A DNA stretch of 64,000 nt from NCBI GenBank assembly GCA_964016885.1, contig OZ024743.1, positions 271,188,001 to 271,252,000 of the forward strand. The letters are read 5' to 3'. A program made the position numbers and the translations under genes. A model generated the notes under the pieces. The model worked only from the letters and a program-made list of their open reading frames with translations. It was not told the DNA's origin and ran no database searches. Shown here piece by piece: positions 63,845-64,000 of this stretch. Every line of letters starts with the position of its first letter. Position 1 is the first letter of the stretch. The stretch is from Eledone cirrhosa (Eukaryota).

Positions 63845-64000
63845 TCAATCATGTCAGACTAGGGATTCAACAATAAATGACAGAGGCTGAATCATGTCAG
63901 ACTAGGAACTCAACAATAATAACAAAGGTTCAATTATGTTAGACTAGGGACTACAACAATAACAGAGTTTCAATCATGTCTGACTAGAGACTCAACAATA
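63845..64000. repeat. Diverged ~40-45-bp tandem repeat running off the right edge
   Basis: Recurrent TCAATCATGTCAGACTAGG(G/A)ACTCAACAATA. Confidence 0.7.

Overview
This is repeat-saturated animal genomic DNA. The SINE/RTE families and dense (TA)n/(ATG)n microsatellites suggest a coleoid cephalopod, probably an octopus (inference). The only host gene seen is the 3' end of TRAP1 (mitochondrial Hsp90/Hsp75) on the + strand: a 73-bp penultimate exon (7316-7388) and the last coding exon (57317-57418), separated by a ~49.9-kb intron. The introns hold about a dozen 5'-truncated RTE-clade LINEs, one with an uninterrupted 943-aa EN-RT-PHD ORF. They also hold tRNA-head SINEs with RTE-derived tails, a decayed RepHel Helitron plus two non-autonomous Helitrons, a DD37D (maT) transposon, MITEs, Penelope-like and CR1 RT fragments, and minisatellites. 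The most notable signal is a set of hammerhead ribozyme (HHR) elements. The first is a near-perfect 6.2-copy tandem array of a 462-bp non-coding unit (20239-23089), each copy carrying a minimal type I HHR on the - strand, which resembles a non-LTR retrozyme. The second is a family of short 'inverted repeat + tail' insertions in (TA)n tracts, several with intact or decayed type I HHRs; one is sense to the TRAP1 pre-mRNA. Most ORFs in the provided track are microsatellite or antisense artefacts. All calls were made by eye; no searches or folding were run.
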